From an uncultured delta proteobacterium (GTDB lineage: Bacteria; Desulfobacterota; Binatia; UBA9968), in contig CAVUVW010000021.1 of NCBI GenBank assembly GCA_963745035.1, forward strand, positions 32,001 to 96,000: 64,000 nt of DNA, given 5' to 3'. Within the stretch, counting starts at the first letter, position 1. Every line of letters begins with the position of its first letter. The notes under the pieces are model-generated. The model was not told the DNA's origin. It searched no databases and saw only the letters and a list, made by a program, of their open reading frames with translations. Shown here in pieces: positions 62,491-64,000 of the stretch. Position numbers and translations under genes: made by a program.

Positions 62491-63793
62491 GCCCGGTGGT
62501 ACGCTCAGGTCGCCAGAGCAGAATTTTTCCAGCTTACGGTAAAGCGTGCGCGTGGAGATGCCGAGCGCCTCCGCGGCTTTGGCCTTGTTTCCATGAGTCT
62601 GTCGAAGCGCTTCCTCGATAACGCTGCGCTCGCCCTCCTCGATATTGCGGATCGCTCTCGTGCCGATTTCCTCGCGCCGTCCGGTCGCGTAGTGCTGCAA
62701 GTTCATGGGAAGGTCGCTGATAGTAATGTAATCGCCGTCCGAAACCATCACGGCGCTTTCGATAACACTCTGCAGCTCGCGGATGTTTCCCGGCCACGGA
62801 TAATCGAGGAACAGCGCTTTGGCCGAGCTGGTGAGCTTTTTGAGCGGCTTTTGATATTGGCCGCAGGCTTGATACACGAAATTCGCGATCAGCAGAATCA
62901 TGTCTTCTCTGCGCTCGCGCAGCGCCGGCAGCATGATGCGCGCGCTATTCAAGCGAAAGTAGAGGTCCTTGCGAAAGCCCGTGCCGCTGGATCGCCTCTT
63001 CGAGCTTCTTTGTTGGTGGCGGCGATGATGCGCACGTCGCTGGTTTTAACGGCTCGACTCGCCGACTCGGTAGTATTGGCGCGTTTCGAGAAAACGCAGA
63101 AGCTTTAGCTGGATCGCCGGAGCCAAGTCGCCGATCTCGTCCAAAAAGAGCGTGCCGCCTTCGGCCGCCTCGATCAATCCTTTCTTGTTTCGGTCGGCGC
63201 CCGTAAACGCGCCTTTCACATAGCCGAACAGCTCGCTTTCGACGAGAGTCTCGGGAATCGCCGTCATGTTGCAGCCGACGAAGGGTTTATCGGCGCGCGG
63301 GCCACGGGCATGAATGTACTGCGCCATCACTTCCTTGCCCGTGCCGGTCTCGCCGGTGATCAACACGGTGATATCGTGCATGGCGTAACGATTGGCGAGG
63401 TTTACCACTTCGTGAAACAGCGGGGTTTCGCCGATCATCACCGGCGCTTTGATGCGCATGTGGATGATTGGTTTCCGGCGCAGCATATGGCGGCGTGGCC
63501 GAACAGGCCGTACAGATCCCTGCAGGTGAAGCGGGTCGTAGCAGATCAGCGCGAGATGCGCCGACTTGGCGCGCAGACGATCGGTAAAGTCGTTCCAGCC
63601 CTGGCCGTGGCACAAGGTCAGGTCGGCGAAAATGACTTTTTGTTGCTCGGCGGGGAACGCCGCCAGAACTCGCTCGGCTTCTTCGACCGAGCGGCTGACG
63701 TGAACCGAGCAGTCGCGCGCCTCGGCGAGTTTTGAAATGCCGTTCAGAGGAGCGTCAGTCGGGATGGATGATCAGCGCCAGGGGTTTTAGCAT
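62410..63793 (-). CDS. sigma54-dependent enhancer-binding protein with atypical REC-like N-terminus (several indels; 3' end uncertain)
   Basis: [38 protein letters not shown], Fis-type [23 protein letters not shown]. Confidence 0.9.
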
Positions 63794-63799
63794 CGAACG

Positions 63800-64000
63800 T
63801 CACTCTGGAGCCGGCGAGCTGGGTAGGATCACCATGTTTTCGAGGGAATCGGCGAGCAATTGACGCGAAATCTGCGGCGCTGTGCCGAGATAGTTGCACG
63901 CCGCGATCACGTGCTCGGCAATAAACTTGGGATGAAATCCCGCGAACGGAATTTTGTGCTTGAGATAAAATGTATTGAATAAATAGGCCATGATCTCTTC
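63800..64000 (-). CDS. C-terminal end of a gene entering from outside the window, possibly an AAA-type ATPase lid region
   Basis: ...YLFNTFYLKHKIPFAGFHPKFIAEHVIAACNYLG...; open to the window edge. Confidence 0.5.
   Translation of the reverse strand, partial: EEIMAYLFNTFYLKHKIPFAGFHPKFIAEHVIAACNYLGTAPQISRQLLADSLENMVILPSSPAPE

Overview
GC-rich bacterial chromosome segment. The many orphan SsuA/NMT1-like binding proteins and the deltaproteobacterial-type genes suggest Ca. Binatia or a relative (inference only). The sequence carries many single-base indels, even in purL, which look like long-read errors. Layout: (1) 1-18.1 kb housekeeping: mlaEFDC, tRNA methyltransferase, dciA, nrdJ with tandem NrdR boxes, rpsO-pnp-M16 peptidase-dut, purB-S-Q-L-F. 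(2) 18.1-36.5 kb catabolic/transport patch: orphan binding proteins, LLM monooxygenase plus alpha/beta hydrolase, an amidohydrolase that has lost its metal ligands, UbiD, dienelactone hydrolase, TctCBA, amidohydrolase_2. (3) 36.6-56.5 kb AT-richer Tad/Flp pilus locus, divergent from a c-di-GMP module, bracketed by two GT-C-like membrane proteins and followed by a DsbA-type oxidoreductase; the pilin has a C-terminal Cys pair and terminal Ser. (4) 56.7-64 kb a sigma54-promoter operon of uncharacterised signalling-like proteins (membrane-anchored protein, coiled coil, DUF4388, output-less HAMP sensor, binding protein-LysM fusion) next to a sigma54 activator. Six GG-N10-GC sigma54 sites run through regions 2-4; two of them drive small RNA/small protein candidates. 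No rRNA, tRNA, CRISPR array or transposase was seen.
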